A stretch of 64,000 bases of DNA from Polyangiaceae bacterium (GCA_050287085.1 JBNKBE010000017.1:64419-128418), one strand, 5' to 3'; shown: positions 28,356-38,844, numbered from the stretch's first letter. Translations and numbers: made by a program. Notes: generated by a model not told the origin, from the sequence alone.

Positions 28356-30794
28356 ATGGAAGGAGCATCGATGATGTCGAGTCGTAAGGCGCAGGGACTA
28401 TGTCTCGGACTGCGCCGTGCAAACAATCTCATTGCGTTGGTAGCGCTCTCTGCCTGTGGTCATTTGGGCGCGGACGGGGAAAAACGCGACGGTGCTGATG
28501 GGGGTTCGACTCAAGTCATCGATACTGACGGCGACGGGATCCCCGATCTATCGACGACAGACGCAGACGGTGACGGCACCCCCGACGCGTGCGTAGACGA
28601 GCGCGAGTTCCTCGCCACCAAGGCCTGGCCGCAGGTCTTTGCGGCGAAGTGCATGACCTGTCACGGCCCTGGCGGTCCGGCGCAGCAGAAGAACGCGGAG
28701 CTCGCCCTGCAGCCCTCCGCCTATCCGGGCTTCCTGGACTACAACCTAGAGAACGTTCGCGACGTCGCCAAGGTCAAGATCGGCGACACGTCTCGGATCC
28801 TGCTCATGGCTCGGGGCCAAGAGAAGCACGAGGGCGGGGCCGTCTTAGCCGAAGACAGTGCGGAGTACGCGGTTCTAGAGGAGTTCGTCGCCATGCTCAA
28901 CAGCGGGGAGGCCGACGACGAGAAGGACGAAGCCAAACAGGCCGCGTGCGCGGCAGCCGCGACCGCCAGCCTAGCGCAAGTGGAACTGCTAGACGCCGCC
29001 GGTACATTGCGCAAGGCCGCTCTCCAGCTCAACGGTCGACTCCCCAAGAAGTCGGAGTTGCGCGCCGTTCGCGACGATGAGGCCGCGCTGCCGGGTACGA
29101 TCCGCGCCCTTTTCGAGGAAGACGCATTCTACGAGCGGCTGCTCGAGGTCTTCAACGATCAATGGCTTACCGACCGCTACATCAACAACGGACAAGACCT
29201 GCTCAGCAGTCGTGACTTTCCCAACCTCAATACCTACTACGACGGTCTCTCGGACGCAGACCGCGCACGCGCGCGTCGTTCCATCGCGCGCGAGCCGCTG
29301 GAGCTGATGGCCTACGTGGTCCGCAACAACCGGCCTTTCACTGAGATCGTGACGGCAGACTACACCGTACTCAACGGGTTCACGGCGGAGCTCTACAACG
29401 CAAACGTGAAGTTCGACGACGCGTACAATGAACACGAACTGAAGCCCGGCAAGATTCTAATCGAACGTGAGCGCGAAGATCAGGCGCGCGAGGAGATACC
29501 CTGGCCCCACGCCGGCATCTTGAGTTCGCCGGTGTTTCTCAACCGCTACCCGACGTCGCGAACGAATCGCAACCGACATCGCGCTCGAATCGTGCTCCGG
29601 GAGTTCCTCGCAACCGACATCTTGAAGGTGGCGGACCGCCCGATCGATCCGACCTCCGCTGTCACGTTTCCCAACCCGACCCAGGACGACCCCACCTGCA
29701 AAACATGCCATGTGGTGATCGACCCGATAGCAGGGGCGTTTCAGCAGTTCAGCGACAATGACCAGGAACAGCACGTGCCGGACCGCGAGTGGTACGGCGA
29801 CATGGCAGGCCCGGGCTTCGGCACCAAGCAGATGACCCTGCAGGATATCGCCGACAATCCACTGGCGTGGCTCGGCCGCCAGATCGCAGATGACCCGCGC
29901 TTCGCGATCTCCGTGGTGCGCAACGTATACAAGAGCCTGACGGGGCAAGCTCCGCTCGAGTTCCCTGACGACCCCGCGACGGGCGCCTACGCGGCTTGGC
30001 GCGCCCAGGACATCACCATCCGCGCTATCACCGACGCCTTTGTTGCCGACGACTACAACCTCAAGACGGTGATCGAAGGAATTGTCCTCAGCCCCTACTA
30101 CCGTGCGAAGAATACCTCATCCACCGCCGAAGGTGAGCTGGCGCAACAGGATGCGGTGGGCACCGCACAACTCCTAACCCCGGAGCTCCTCAATCGGAAG
30201 ATCAAGGCAGTTCTTGGACAGGAATGGCTCTCGGGCAACAATCCGGCGCTGCTGGGTGACTATCGGATCCTGTACGGAGGCATCGACTCCGACGCGGTCA
30301 CCGAACGTCTTACGACGCCCAACGGGGTCATGAGCTCCATCATGTGGCGAATGGCCAATGAGATGTCGTGCAGGACCGTCGCAACCGACTTTGCGCGACC
30401 GCAAGGCGATCGCCGCCTATTCGTCGATGTGGAACTCGATACCTTGCCCGTTAACGATCTCAACCGTGAAGACGAAGAAGGTCTCGCGGCGATCCGGAGC
30501 AACATCACCTACCTCTACGATCGATTCTTGGGCGAAAAGCTTGCCCCTGATTCGGAGGAAGCCGAGCGCGCTTTGAACCTCTTCCTAGACACCTTCTACG
30601 AAGGCAACAGCAAGTTGGCCGACGATCGGATTGGGACGGCACTGCCGCGAGACTGCCAATACCGACGTGACCCGGCCACTGGCGATGAGCTACCAGAAGC
30701 TGAGCGCCTCAGTGATGACCCTCGCTACGTAATGCGCTCTTGGATGGCGCTGACCACCTACCTTCTTTCAGACTACCGCTTCCTCTACGAATAA
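28356..30794 (+). CDS. Lipoprotein with two CxxCH motifs, DUF1588/DUF1585-like (PSCyt-type) family
   Basis: Lipobox LSAC, DTDGDG repeats, CMTCH, HAGILSSPVFL.RYPTSRTNRNR.RAR, CKTCH..IDP and DDYNLKTVIEGIVLSPYY. Confidence 0.75.
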   Translation: MEGASMMSSRKAQGLCLGLRRANNLIALVALSACGHLGADGEKRDGADGGSTQVIDTDGDGIPDLSTTDADGDGTPDACVDEREFLATKAWPQVFAAKCMTCHGPGGPAQQKNAELALQPSAYPGFLDYNLENVRDVAKVKIGDTSRILLMARGQEKHEGGAVLAEDSAEYAVLEEFVAMLNSGEADDEKDEAKQAACAAAATASLAQVELLDAAGTLRKAALQLNGRLPKKSELRAVRDDEAALPGTIRALFEEDAFYERLLEVFNDQWLTDRYINNGQDLLSSRDFPNLNTYYDGLSDADRARARRSIAREPLELMAYVVRNNRPFTEIVTADYTVLNGFTAELYNANVKFDDAYNEHELKPGKILIEREREDQAREEIPWPHAGILSSPVFLNRYPTSRTNRNRHRARIVLREFLATDILKVADRPIDPTSAVTFPNPTQDDPTCKTCHVVIDPIAGAFQQFSDNDQEQHVPDREWYGDMAGPGFGTKQMTLQDIADNPLAWLGRQIADDPRFAISVVRNVYKSLTGQAPLEFPDDPATGAYAAWRAQDITIRAITDAFVADDYNLKTVIEGIVLSPYYRAKNTSSTAEGELAQQDAVGTAQLLTPELLNRKIKAVLGQEWLSGNNPALLGDYRILYGGIDSDAVTERLTTPNGVMSSIMWRMANEMSCRTVATDFARPQGDRRLFVDVELDTLPVNDLNREDEEGLAAIRSNITYLYDRFLGEKLAPDSEEAERALNLFLDTFYEGNSKLADDRIGTALPRDCQYRRDPATGDELPEAERLSDDPRYVMRSWMALTTYLLSDYRFLYE

Positions 30795-30808
30795 GGACAC
30801 CCCAGCCG

Positions 30809-32098
30809 ATGAAACGACGAACGATTTTACAGCTGAGCGGGCTGCTCGGGGCCGGTTTGACCGCCCCTTTCCTCACCGCAGAGTCCCATGCCCAAGACGA
30901 GTTCGCGGGGCCATATTGGATATTTGTGACAGCCGGAGGTGGTTGGGATCCGCGTTTTCTATTCGACCCCACGATGAACCCGGAGCAAAACCAGTTCTAC
31001 TCCGAAATTGGAAATGAAGGCGACATTCGCTTCGGCTTGTGGGACTTGAGCCCGGAAGACGTCGGGCTCGAAGGCGAAGACCGACCATACCTAAATCCCC
31101 AGCGCTTCGCCGAAAACCACGGCGGACGCATGACGGTCTTCAATGGCGTTGATACTTCGACGAACAACCACGACGCCGGACAGCGAGCGATCACGTCCGG
31201 TAGCATCGCGCAGGGTGTCCCCGCTCTCGGGGCACTGCTCGCAGCAACCCACACGCCCGACAAGCCGCTGCCCTTCGTCAGCTTTGGAGGCTACGACTCA
31301 ACCTTCGACGTAGCGCCGCTCTCGCGCATTGGCGGGGCCAACCAACTGCGTCGTCTGGCGGCGCCAAACTTGCCGAACGCAGAGCAAGACGGCCTCGACG
31401 GCTACCACACCAACGACACCTACAAGCGCATTCGCAAGGCGCAGCAGAGTCGCCTGAAGCATCTGATCGGAGAGCAGCACCTGCCGAAGATCCTACGAGC
31501 CAAGGACGCGCTGGCGAAAGCCCGTATCACGGACCAGGAGCTCAAGGCTCTGCAGCTGCCGGAACTCAAAGATCTTCCAGGCCAGCTGGGGGGCGCAGAG
31601 CGACTACTGCAGTCTGGCCAGCTTGCCCTCGCCGCATTTCAGGCCGGACTCAGTACCGCCGCCAACCTGTCGATCGGCGGGTTTGACACACACGGCAACC
31701 ACGACGATCAGCACAGCCGAGCCATGGTGCAGCTGCTCACGGGCGTCGGTGCCATACTGGACGAAATCGACGACCTTGGGATGAAGGATAAGGTGTTTGT
31801 CGTCGTCGGCTCCGACTTCGGGCGCACTCCCTACAACGGAGGTGGCGGCAAAGATCACTGGCCCGTGACGAGCTACCTGACCTTCGGTCCCGGCATCAAA
31901 GGCGGCCGCGTCATCGGCGCGTCAGACGATGACCAATTTGCCAAGACGCTGGATCCGAAGACTCTGGAGGTAAAGAGCGGAGGTGTGAAGCTGACGCCAG
32001 GTGCAATTCACCTCAAGTTGCGAGAGCTCGGCAAGCTGAGTGCTGAACTCGACAAGAGCTACCCCATAGCAGGTAGCGACCTACCATTGTTTGGCTAG
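30809..32098 (+). CDS. Tat-exported DUF1501-like protein
   Basis: Twin-arginine signal MKRRTILQLSGLLGAG, plus GGGWDP, GGFDTHGNH and GSDFGRTP..GGGKDHW. Start ATG 30809, 14 bp after the partner gene. Confidence 0.82.
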   Translation: MKRRTILQLSGLLGAGLTAPFLTAESHAQDEFAGPYWIFVTAGGGWDPRFLFDPTMNPEQNQFYSEIGNEGDIRFGLWDLSPEDVGLEGEDRPYLNPQRFAENHGGRMTVFNGVDTSTNNHDAGQRAITSGSIAQGVPALGALLAATHTPDKPLPFVSFGGYDSTFDVAPLSRIGGANQLRRLAAPNLPNAEQDGLDGYHTNDTYKRIRKAQQSRLKHLIGEQHLPKILRAKDALAKARITDQELKALQLPELKDLPGQLGGAERLLQSGQLALAAFQAGLSTAANLSIGGFDTHGNHDDQHSRAMVQLLTGVGAILDEIDDLGMKDKVFVVVGSDFGRTPYNGGGGKDHWPVTSYLTFGPGIKGGRVIGASDDDQFAKTLDPKTLEVKSGGVKLTPGAIHLKLRELGKLSAELDKSYPIAGSDLPLFG

Positions 32099-32111
32099 CT
32101 AGCGCGGCCGC

Positions 32112-32147
32112 GCCCCGGAGAGCGTTCCCAAAGAAGCTCCCCGGGGC
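32112..32147 (+). terminator. GC-rich hairpin after the DUF1501-like gene (possible terminator or stability hairpin)
   Basis: gccccggagagc ... gctccccggggc, 11 of 12 positions paired. No U-tract. Confidence 0.3.
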
Positions 32148-32272
32148 ACTCTCGACTCGACCGGCATCATTGCGCTCCAGTCCCCGGGGGGCGCACCCTC
32201 GCGCTGGCGCAGCAAGGCAAGCAAAGCGAAGGCCTTCGCCTGGAGACCATTCCGGGGTATACGACGACTAGG

Positions 32273-34495
32273 ATGTGGCAATCGCTCTGGTCGTTCCTGA
32301 CACGCTGGTTTCCGTTCGGCCTACTTGCTCGCAACAAGCCACGGCACTTTCGGGAAATGGCCATCGTGTTGTGGGAGAATCGCGGCCGCTGGCGCTATGC
32401 ATGGCGAATCCTACGCCACGGCGTATGTGACGGTTGTTCGCTCGGTACCACCGGCCTGCGAGACGAGGTCCTGCCAGGACCCCACGTCTGTTTGACGCGG
32501 CTCAAGCTACTGCGGCTCAACACGATGCGCGCCATGAGCCGGCACAACTGGGAGCGTCCCGACCTGACGGCTCTCGGCAATGAGGCTCTGCATCACCTCG
32601 GACGAATCCCCTATCCCTTGCTCAAACGCGCGGGCGAGGTGGCTTTCTCGCGTATCACATGGCCTGAGGCTGTCGAGCTCATCGCCCAGAAGCTGCGCGC
32701 CAGCGATCCGGACCGGGTTGGCTTCTTTCTTACGAGCCGTGGCCTCACCAACGAGACCTACTACGTCGTCCAGAAGCTCGCGCGCATCGCTGGCACGCCC
32801 CACGTGGACACCTGTGCGCGCCTCTGCCACGCGGCGTCTGGGGTGGGGCTCAGCGCAACCATCGGCTGGGGGGCTCCAACCCTCTCCCTCACCGACCTGA
32901 TCGGGGCCGAGCTCATCTTCATCATCGGCAGCAACCTTCCCAACAATCAGCCTGTCGCAACCAAGTATCTGCGAGCGGCTCGCAAGGCAGGTTCGCGAAT
33001 CGTGGTGGTCAATCCATTCCGCGAGCCCGCGCTGGAGCGGTATTGGATCCCAAGCGTGCCCAGCTCAGCACTATTTGGAACGCCCCTGATGGACGAGTAC
33101 CACGCAGTGCGCCCGGGCGGTGATATCGCGTTCATCCATGGCGTCCTAAAGGCGCTTGATGAACTCGACGGCTTCGACGAGGCGTTTGTTGAAACGCAAA
33201 CGGAAGGTGCGGACGAGCTTCGCCGCCAGCTCGTCCGCACCTCATGGCAGGAAATCGAAAGCGCCTCGGGCGTTGACGAAGGGGCCCTGCGTGCGCTGGC
33301 CGCACGTTACGCAAGAGCCAAGACAGCGGTCTTCATCTACTCCATGGGGCTGACTCAATACGAATTTGGAGTCGACAACGTGAAGGCCGTCGTCAACCTG
33401 GCCCTCGCTCGCGGCATGATCGGCCGACCCCAATGCGGTATCCTTCCCATTCGCGGCCACAGCGGGGTGCAGGGCTCCGCCGAGTGCGGAGCAGACGCCG
33501 ACAAGCTGCCGGGCGCAGTCGCCATCACGCCGCAGGCTTGCGACAGGTTGGAGCGGGCCTATGACCATCCGATTCCACGTCGCCCAGGGTTGCGCGCCGC
33601 GCACTTGCTCGACCGAGCTCGCGAGCAGGGTTTGGACCTCCTATACCTGGTGGGCGGCAACCATCTAGAAACGATGCCCAATCGCAACGCGGCCCGCGCT
33701 GGACTCGAAAATGTGGCGCTTCGCGTGCACCAGGACATCGTATTCAACACTTCCACGCTGCTCGAAGCGCGAGAAGCCGTTTTGCTGCTGCCCGCACAGA
33801 CGCGCTACGAGCAGAAGTCCGGCGGTACGAGTACCTCTACCGAGCGACGAATCCGTTTCAGTCCAGAGATCCCCGGCCCCCGCATCGGCGAAGCCAAAGC
33901 GGAGTGGGAAATTCCGACCCTGCTCGGACGGGCGCTCCGCCCGGATCGCAACGACCTATTTCCCTACGAGGACACCCGCTCAATCCGCGAAGAGATGGCC
34001 CGCGTCATGCCTTTGTATTCGGGTATTGAACACCTGAAACAAGAGGGAGATCAGCTGCAGTGGGGTGGCCCGTCGCTCGGCGGCAATGGCTTCCCCAATA
34101 TGCCGGGGGGGCGTGCGCGCTTTTCAAGCATTCCAATTCCGCGTGTGGATGTGCCACTCGGTCAATTCCTGCTGACGATGAGGCGGGGCAAGCAGTTCAA
34201 TTCGATCACCTACGGCCAGCGCGATCCGCTGAGCGGTGGCGCCAAGCGTCGTGATATCTTGATCGACGAGCGCGACATGCGGTCCCTGGGCTTGGAATCT
34301 GGTAGTGCGGTCACTGTGCGCTCCGCTGGGGGCGAGATGGCGGCGCGGGTTCGCCCGGGCCCCTGCCGTAGCCGTCACGTTCAAGGCTATTGGCCGGAGT
34401 GCAACGTCCTATTAGGCAACCGCTACGACCCAGCGTCGGGTGAACCAGACTACAATACCCTCGTTTCTGTGACGCGAGCGCCAGAGGCGGAGTAG
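32273..34495 (+). CDS. FdhF/YdeP-family molybdopterin oxidoreductase
   Basis: GVCDGCSLG, TSRGLTNE, DTCARLCHAAS, PIRGHSGVQG and a C-terminal molybdopterin dinucleotide-binding segment (RRGKQFNS...YWPECN). Confidence 0.9.
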   Translation: MWQSLWSFLTRWFPFGLLARNKPRHFREMAIVLWENRGRWRYAWRILRHGVCDGCSLGTTGLRDEVLPGPHVCLTRLKLLRLNTMRAMSRHNWERPDLTALGNEALHHLGRIPYPLLKRAGEVAFSRITWPEAVELIAQKLRASDPDRVGFFLTSRGLTNETYYVVQKLARIAGTPHVDTCARLCHAASGVGLSATIGWGAPTLSLTDLIGAELIFIIGSNLPNNQPVATKYLRAARKAGSRIVVVNPFREPALERYWIPSVPSSALFGTPLMDEYHAVRPGGDIAFIHGVLKALDELDGFDEAFVETQTEGADELRRQLVRTSWQEIESASGVDEGALRALAARYARAKTAVFIYSMGLTQYEFGVDNVKAVVNLALARGMIGRPQCGILPIRGHSGVQGSAECGADADKLPGAVAITPQACDRLERAYDHPIPRRPGLRAAHLLDRAREQGLDLLYLVGGNHLETMPNRNAARAGLENVALRVHQDIVFNTSTLLEAREAVLLLPAQTRYEQKSGGTSTSTERRIRFSPEIPGPRIGEAKAEWEIPTLLGRALRPDRNDLFPYEDTRSIREEMARVMPLYSGIEHLKQEGDQLQWGGPSLGGNGFPNMPGGRARFSSIPIPRVDVPLGQFLLTMRRGKQFNSITYGQRDPLSGGAKRRDILIDERDMRSLGLESGSAVTVRSAGGEMAARVRPGPCRSRHVQGYWPECNVLLGNRYDPASGEPDYNTLVSVTRAPEAE

Positions 34496-34498
34496 ACC

Positions 34499-35407
34499 TT
34501 GACCGCAAAACGCAGTCCCCCGTCGATGGCGCCACCAGGAAGCGCTCACTCCGCCAGCGCTCGCGGCTCGCTGATGAATGCCGCGGCTGAAAGCGAAAGA
34601 CGGCAGGTACGACGCATTGAATTCAACGGTAGTCCGCACCCTCTTGACTTCGCGCGCGCGGAAGCCCTTGCGGTGGAAGCGCCGCTCGAGTTGAGACTCG
34701 ACGGTGACCCTTTCATGACGACCATGCGCTCGCCGGGCGCAGATCGAGAACTGGCGGCAGGCTACTTACTGAGCGAAGGCATCGTCAAAACGCGACGCGA
34801 CCTGCTGAGCCTGGCGCCCTGTGCCGCCGCCCGCCCTCGAAGCGTGTTGGAAGCCCAGTTGGCTCCCGGGGTACGGCTGCCGGAGTCGCGATTCGAGGCG
34901 CGCCCTGGACTTATCTCCGCGGCCTGCGGGGTTTGCGGGCACGCTGATGTTGACGCGTTGCTAAATCAATGTGCCCCCGTCACTTCCGAGGTGGCTCTCG
35001 ACGTCGCGGCCATCAGCCGGGCGCAACATCACCTCGAGCAAGCCCAAGTGGAGTTTCGACGCACGGGAGGCACCCACGCCGCCGCGCTGGCGGAGCGCGA
35101 TGGCACCCTTCAACGTGTTTTTGAAGATGTGGGACGGCACAACGCCGTCGACAAAGTCTTGGGCGAGCGCTTGCTTCGCGACGCACTTTCACTCGAAGAG
35201 CACATACTAATGCTGAGTGGTCGCTGCAGCTTCGAGATCATACAAAAGGCCGCCATGGCAGGCATACCCGTGGTCGTTGCCATCTCGGCCCCCACGGACC
35301 TCGCGGTCAGAGCAGCCGAACACCTGGGCATAACCCTGGTGGCATTTGCACGCCCACAAGGATGCAATGTCTACACTCACCCAGAACGTGTCATCCCTGC
35401 GCCTTGA
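34499..35407 (+). CDS. fdhD: Formate dehydrogenase accessory sulfurtransferase FdhD
   Basis: TMRSPGADRELAAGYL, SAACGVCG, TGGTHAAA, EDVGRHNAVDK and SAPTDLA. The start may be ATG 34526 or 34574. Confidence 0.92.
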   Translation: MTAKRSPPSMAPPGSAHSASARGSLMNAAAESERRQVRRIEFNGSPHPLDFARAEALAVEAPLELRLDGDPFMTTMRSPGADRELAAGYLLSEGIVKTRRDLLSLAPCAAARPRSVLEAQLAPGVRLPESRFEARPGLISAACGVCGHADVDALLNQCAPVTSEVALDVAAISRAQHHLEQAQVEFRRTGGTHAAALAERDGTLQRVFEDVGRHNAVDKVLGERLLRDALSLEEHILMLSGRCSFEIIQKAAMAGIPVVVAISAPTDLAVRAAEHLGITLVAFARPQGCNVYTHPERVIPAP

Positions 35408-35549
35408 CCGGCTCGAGCTCATCCCCTGCGGGTGAGGCCGTCCGTGCTCCAATTTTATCGTGCCAGACGGAAGCTCAGCACCTTCTCGTTCGCAGGGCCG
35501 GTCTCCGCTAAAGGCGAGAGGCTCTGCGCCGTTGTTGCGCTTGGTAGTC

Positions 35550-35942
35550 ATGTCCGCTGTATCCCAACCCGCCGCAACTCGGATCCTCTTTGCCGACGAC
35601 GACCTGTGCATCCGCAGAGCCTTTGCCCGCACGTTTCGGCGCCCCATATGGGAGGTCGAGTTCGCCGCTAATGGCAACGAGGCCCTGACCCTAGGCGCCC
35701 ATGGTCAATACGATGCGGTCATCCTCGATCACATGATGCCAGGTCCGTCTGGAGCGGACCTGATCCATCGCCTCCGAAAGTATCAGAAGAACGCGCTCTT
35801 TGTGGTCATCACGGGCTATTCGGACCGCGCCCAAGCATCCTGTCGGACTCACGGGGTCAATCTGGTGATCAGCAAGCCGTGGGACGCGCAGACTCTCACC
35901 GACTTGCTGTCGGCCTCCACACCGCACTACCGTTCCGCTTGA
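35550..35942 (+). CDS. Single-domain response regulator (CheY-like receiver)
   Basis: ILFADDD, VILDHMMPGPSG, VITG and ISKPW. Start ATG 35550. Confidence 0.88.
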   Translation: MSAVSQPAATRILFADDDLCIRRAFARTFRRPIWEVEFAANGNEALTLGAHGQYDAVILDHMMPGPSGADLIHRLRKYQKNALFVVITGYSDRAQASCRTHGVNLVISKPWDAQTLTDLLSASTPHYRSA

Positions 35943-36191
35943 TCGTGCTTGGAGAAGCAGAGCTGCACCGCCCGAAGCAGCTCACTCCTGGGTATTGCTG
36001 GTCGTTGCCCGCCAGTCGGCTGGCACCCTCTTCGCTGTTGTCCATCGCTGGCCCCCCGCTACAAGCCGGACTCGAAACCGAGCCGCTGAGCGACGCAAGG
36101 CTGCCGTCCAGCCTGGCCCCACGGCGACGATGCGTCTCGTCTTCAAATTGGAACTGCTCATCGCGGTGGAGTTCCGCTAGATCACGGTCCA

Positions 36192-37379
36192 ATGATGGCA
36201 ACCGTCGCCGAGACTGCCGAAGCGCCCAGGCTTCCCACTCTCCTCCCCCACCGGAATAGACGCGGAGCAATCCGTGCCGTCGTCACCGGAGTGCAATGCG
36301 GCACCGCCGCGCTAACAACCCTGAGCTGCGATCCTTTCGGCACTGGCTTCGACGCCGTCGAAGAAGCGATACGCTACCAAGCCTCGGACATTTCCTGCTC
36401 GGCCGCGGAATGCCAAGAGGCGATCCGTCAGCGCGGCCTGAGGGTGACCACCTACAACATCAAGTTCGGCGGTGGCCGCATTGATTTCTTCTTCGACTGC
36501 CACGGCAAACGAGTCCTGATGAATCGTCAGGAGGTCACGGCGCATATGGCAGGGCTGGCCGCGAAAGTGCGAGAACTCGATCCAGACGTGCTCCTGATCG
36601 AGGAAGCCGACGTCAATTCCAAGCGAGCCGCCTTCGTCGATCAGGTTCAATACCTCCTCGACCATACCGAACTCAACTACGGCGCTTACGCTTCCCAGTG
36701 GCGCGCTGACTTCGTTCCCAGCGACGGCATCGGTGCTGTCGACTCGGGCAATGCCGTGTTGTCCAAGCTGCCACTGGAAACGGCCACCCGCTATGCCCTC
36801 CCGCTCCGCAGCGATCAGAGCGGCATCGAACGCTACTTCTATCTCCATCGGAACATGTTGGAAGTCACCCTGACGGTAAACGACGAGCCCCTGACGGTCA
36901 TCGCCATCCATACCGCCGCGTTCTCCAAGGACGGGACCAAGCGTGAACATATCAACCGGCTCAAAGCAAAGATGGACGAAACAAGTGGTCTGGTCCTCGC
37001 GGGCGGCGATCTCAATGCGCTGCCTCCAGGTTCAGAGCAGCTGCACAACTTCGACGATTCAGCCTGTTCGGGCGACTATGAGGCGGACGACTACCGAGCG
37101 GAAACCCACTGGCTCGACGCGCTATACGAAGACTACGAATCCGCCATTTCCCTCGAGCGCTATCGAGACGACAACTCCCGCCACTTCACCCATACGACCC
37201 GTGCGGACGGTTTCTGGAACCGTAAGTTGGACTACTTGTTTACCAATGGTCACTTCGTTCCCGGTTCAGGGCACGTCTCGCAAGCGGCTGGAAGCGAAGA
37301 ATTGGCAACGATGCCCCTCTCCGACCACGCTCCCCTCAGCGCCGTCTTATCCTTCCGCCAGAAGGACCTTCCGCAATGA
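36192..37379 (+). CDS. Endonuclease/exonuclease/phosphatase (EEP) family protein, probably an exported lipoprotein
   Basis: TYNIKFG, LLIEEAD, GNAVLSK, GGDLN, LDYLF and LSDHAP. Possible lipobox LTTLSC. Confidence 0.85.
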   Translation: MMATVAETAEAPRLPTLLPHRNRRGAIRAVVTGVQCGTAALTTLSCDPFGTGFDAVEEAIRYQASDISCSAAECQEAIRQRGLRVTTYNIKFGGGRIDFFFDCHGKRVLMNRQEVTAHMAGLAAKVRELDPDVLLIEEADVNSKRAAFVDQVQYLLDHTELNYGAYASQWRADFVPSDGIGAVDSGNAVLSKLPLETATRYALPLRSDQSGIERYFYLHRNMLEVTLTVNDEPLTVIAIHTAAFSKDGTKREHINRLKAKMDETSGLVLAGGDLNALPPGSEQLHNFDDSACSGDYEADDYRAETHWLDALYEDYESAISLERYRDDNSRHFTHTTRADGFWNRKLDYLFTNGHFVPGSGHVSQAAGSEELATMPLSDHAPLSAVLSFRQKDLPQ

Positions 37380-38161
37380 TGACAGTACGCCTGCGTGCGA
37401 TTTGTATCGCGGTGTGCTCATGTGTGAGCCTTTGCGCCCAGATCGGACGAGCGCAATCCACCGTGCGCTGGGCCGATGACTCAGCGCGCCTCATCGCCAA
37501 GGGCCAACTCCAGGCAGGGGTGTTGTCGAGCTGGGCCTACGGCCTCGCTCCGAAGATTCAACTGAATGCTCACCCGATTGGCGCCTTGTTGCTGCCGGGC
37601 GCAGGCCTCAAAGTACAGTGGTTGACGACGCCCACGCTCCAACTTGCGAGCGTTCATAGACTGAGCTACCCCACCGCGCTGTTCAACCTCGTCGCTCGCG
37701 AGGGAACGTTGGGTCTGCTCCCAGCAAACCAGACCATCGGCTCCAGTGTGATGCTGGAGAGCAAAGTGATCGGGACGACGGTTTGGCAGGGTTCTCATGC
37801 GCTGAGCGCGGCAATGGGCATCACGGCAGCAAGCCATGACGTGCTGCGCAACCAGCCTTTCGACTTCCCGTTCTTGTTCCAACGGCTCGGGCCCACTGCC
37901 AACCATTGGAGCGCAACGGCGCAGCTCACGGCCACGGGAGCCGCGACGTCATGGCTTGGCTACGAAGTCGGGGCTCAGACATTTATCCACCTGCCAGAAC
38001 ACGGGTGGGCCTACGAAGCCCACGGAGCCTTGTGGTTTGCCATTGGATCGCGCCAGCGAATCATCGTCCAAGGACGCGTCAGTCGCGCGGCCCTGCCGGT
38101 CGGGATCCGCACACACTGGTTACCACTCGTCGATTACCAGCTTAGCTTCGGGGCTCCCTGA
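37376..38161 (+). CDS. Exported hypothetical protein, possible outer-membrane beta-barrel
   Basis: ATGA overlap with the EEP gene. Signal peptide ending GRA-Q, alternating amphipathic strands and a near-terminal DYQLSF. Confidence 0.55.
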   Translation: MMTVRLRAICIAVCSCVSLCAQIGRAQSTVRWADDSARLIAKGQLQAGVLSSWAYGLAPKIQLNAHPIGALLLPGAGLKVQWLTTPTLQLASVHRLSYPTALFNLVAREGTLGLLPANQTIGSSVMLESKVIGTTVWQGSHALSAAMGITAASHDVLRNQPFDFPFLFQRLGPTANHWSATAQLTATGAATSWLGYEVGAQTFIHLPEHGWAYEAHGALWFAIGSRQRIIVQGRVSRAALPVGIRTHWLPLVDYQLSFGAP

Positions 38162-38175
38162 GCGCTCATTCGCAG

Positions 38176-38844
38176 CTAGCTAGCCTTGCGCCGCGCGAAG
38201 TATACAACCTCGAGCATCTGGCTTGCACCGCGCTCCCGAAAGCGGGGCTCTTCGTTGAGAATATCCCGCTCGTCGTGCCGCTCCCATTCGAAATCAGGGG
38301 TCAATAGGGCTGGCACCTCAGGAACGGAGAACGGTGGCCCCGAACCCATATCGTGTTCGAAAACGACACTCATGAGACCACCCCCGACCGGTAGCAGCGC
38401 AGCCAGCTTGTCCACGTAGGCACGGCGCTGCTCGGCGGGCAAGGCGACGAGAGCCGCTCGATCGAAAACGGTGTCCACCGCTCCAAGCTGCCCCCGCGAA
38501 GTCGCGAAGATGTCGGAAACCAACATCTCGACGGCCGCTCCCGCCGCGAATCGGACGGCACCGCCGACCTGCGTTCGAGTTGGCACAAGCCCGCGTTCTG
38601 CGTAGTACGCCGCGACCGCCTCTTCGACGAACTCCACGCCGACTACGGAATGCCCCTCCTCTTCGAGCCAAGTCATGTCACGACTCTTGCCCGCAAGCGG
38701 CACAAGAACGCGACCCGAGCCACGCCCGCGCCCAAGCCAGCCAAGAAAGGCGAGCCAATGACGCACCAACGCTGGGCTAGCCTCCAACTGGTGAAAACCG
38801 ATCTGCCCCGCGCTCCAGCGCGTTTGCCAAAAGTCGTGGTTCAC
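38176..38844 (-). CDS. tpm: Thiopurine S-methyltransferase family SAM-dependent methyltransferase
   Basis: FWQTRWSAGQIGFH, RVLVPLAGKSRDM, VFDRAALVALP and GPPFSV. Start GTG 38844. Confidence 0.85.
   Translation of the reverse strand: MNHDFWQTRWSAGQIGFHQLEASPALVRHWLAFLGWLGRGRGSGRVLVPLAGKSRDMTWLEEEGHSVVGVEFVEEAVAAYYAERGLVPTRTQVGGAVRFAAGAAVEMLVSDIFATSRGQLGAVDTVFDRAALVALPAEQRRAYVDKLAALLPVGGGLMSVVFEHDMGSGPPFSVPEVPALLTPDFEWERHDERDILNEEPRFRERGASQMLEVVYFARRKAS

Noticed and set aside
35896..36270. 124-aa minus-strand ORF and overlapping short ORFs between the response regulator and the EEP gene
   Set aside because: It overlaps both neighbours and has no recognisable motif, so it cannot be supported.
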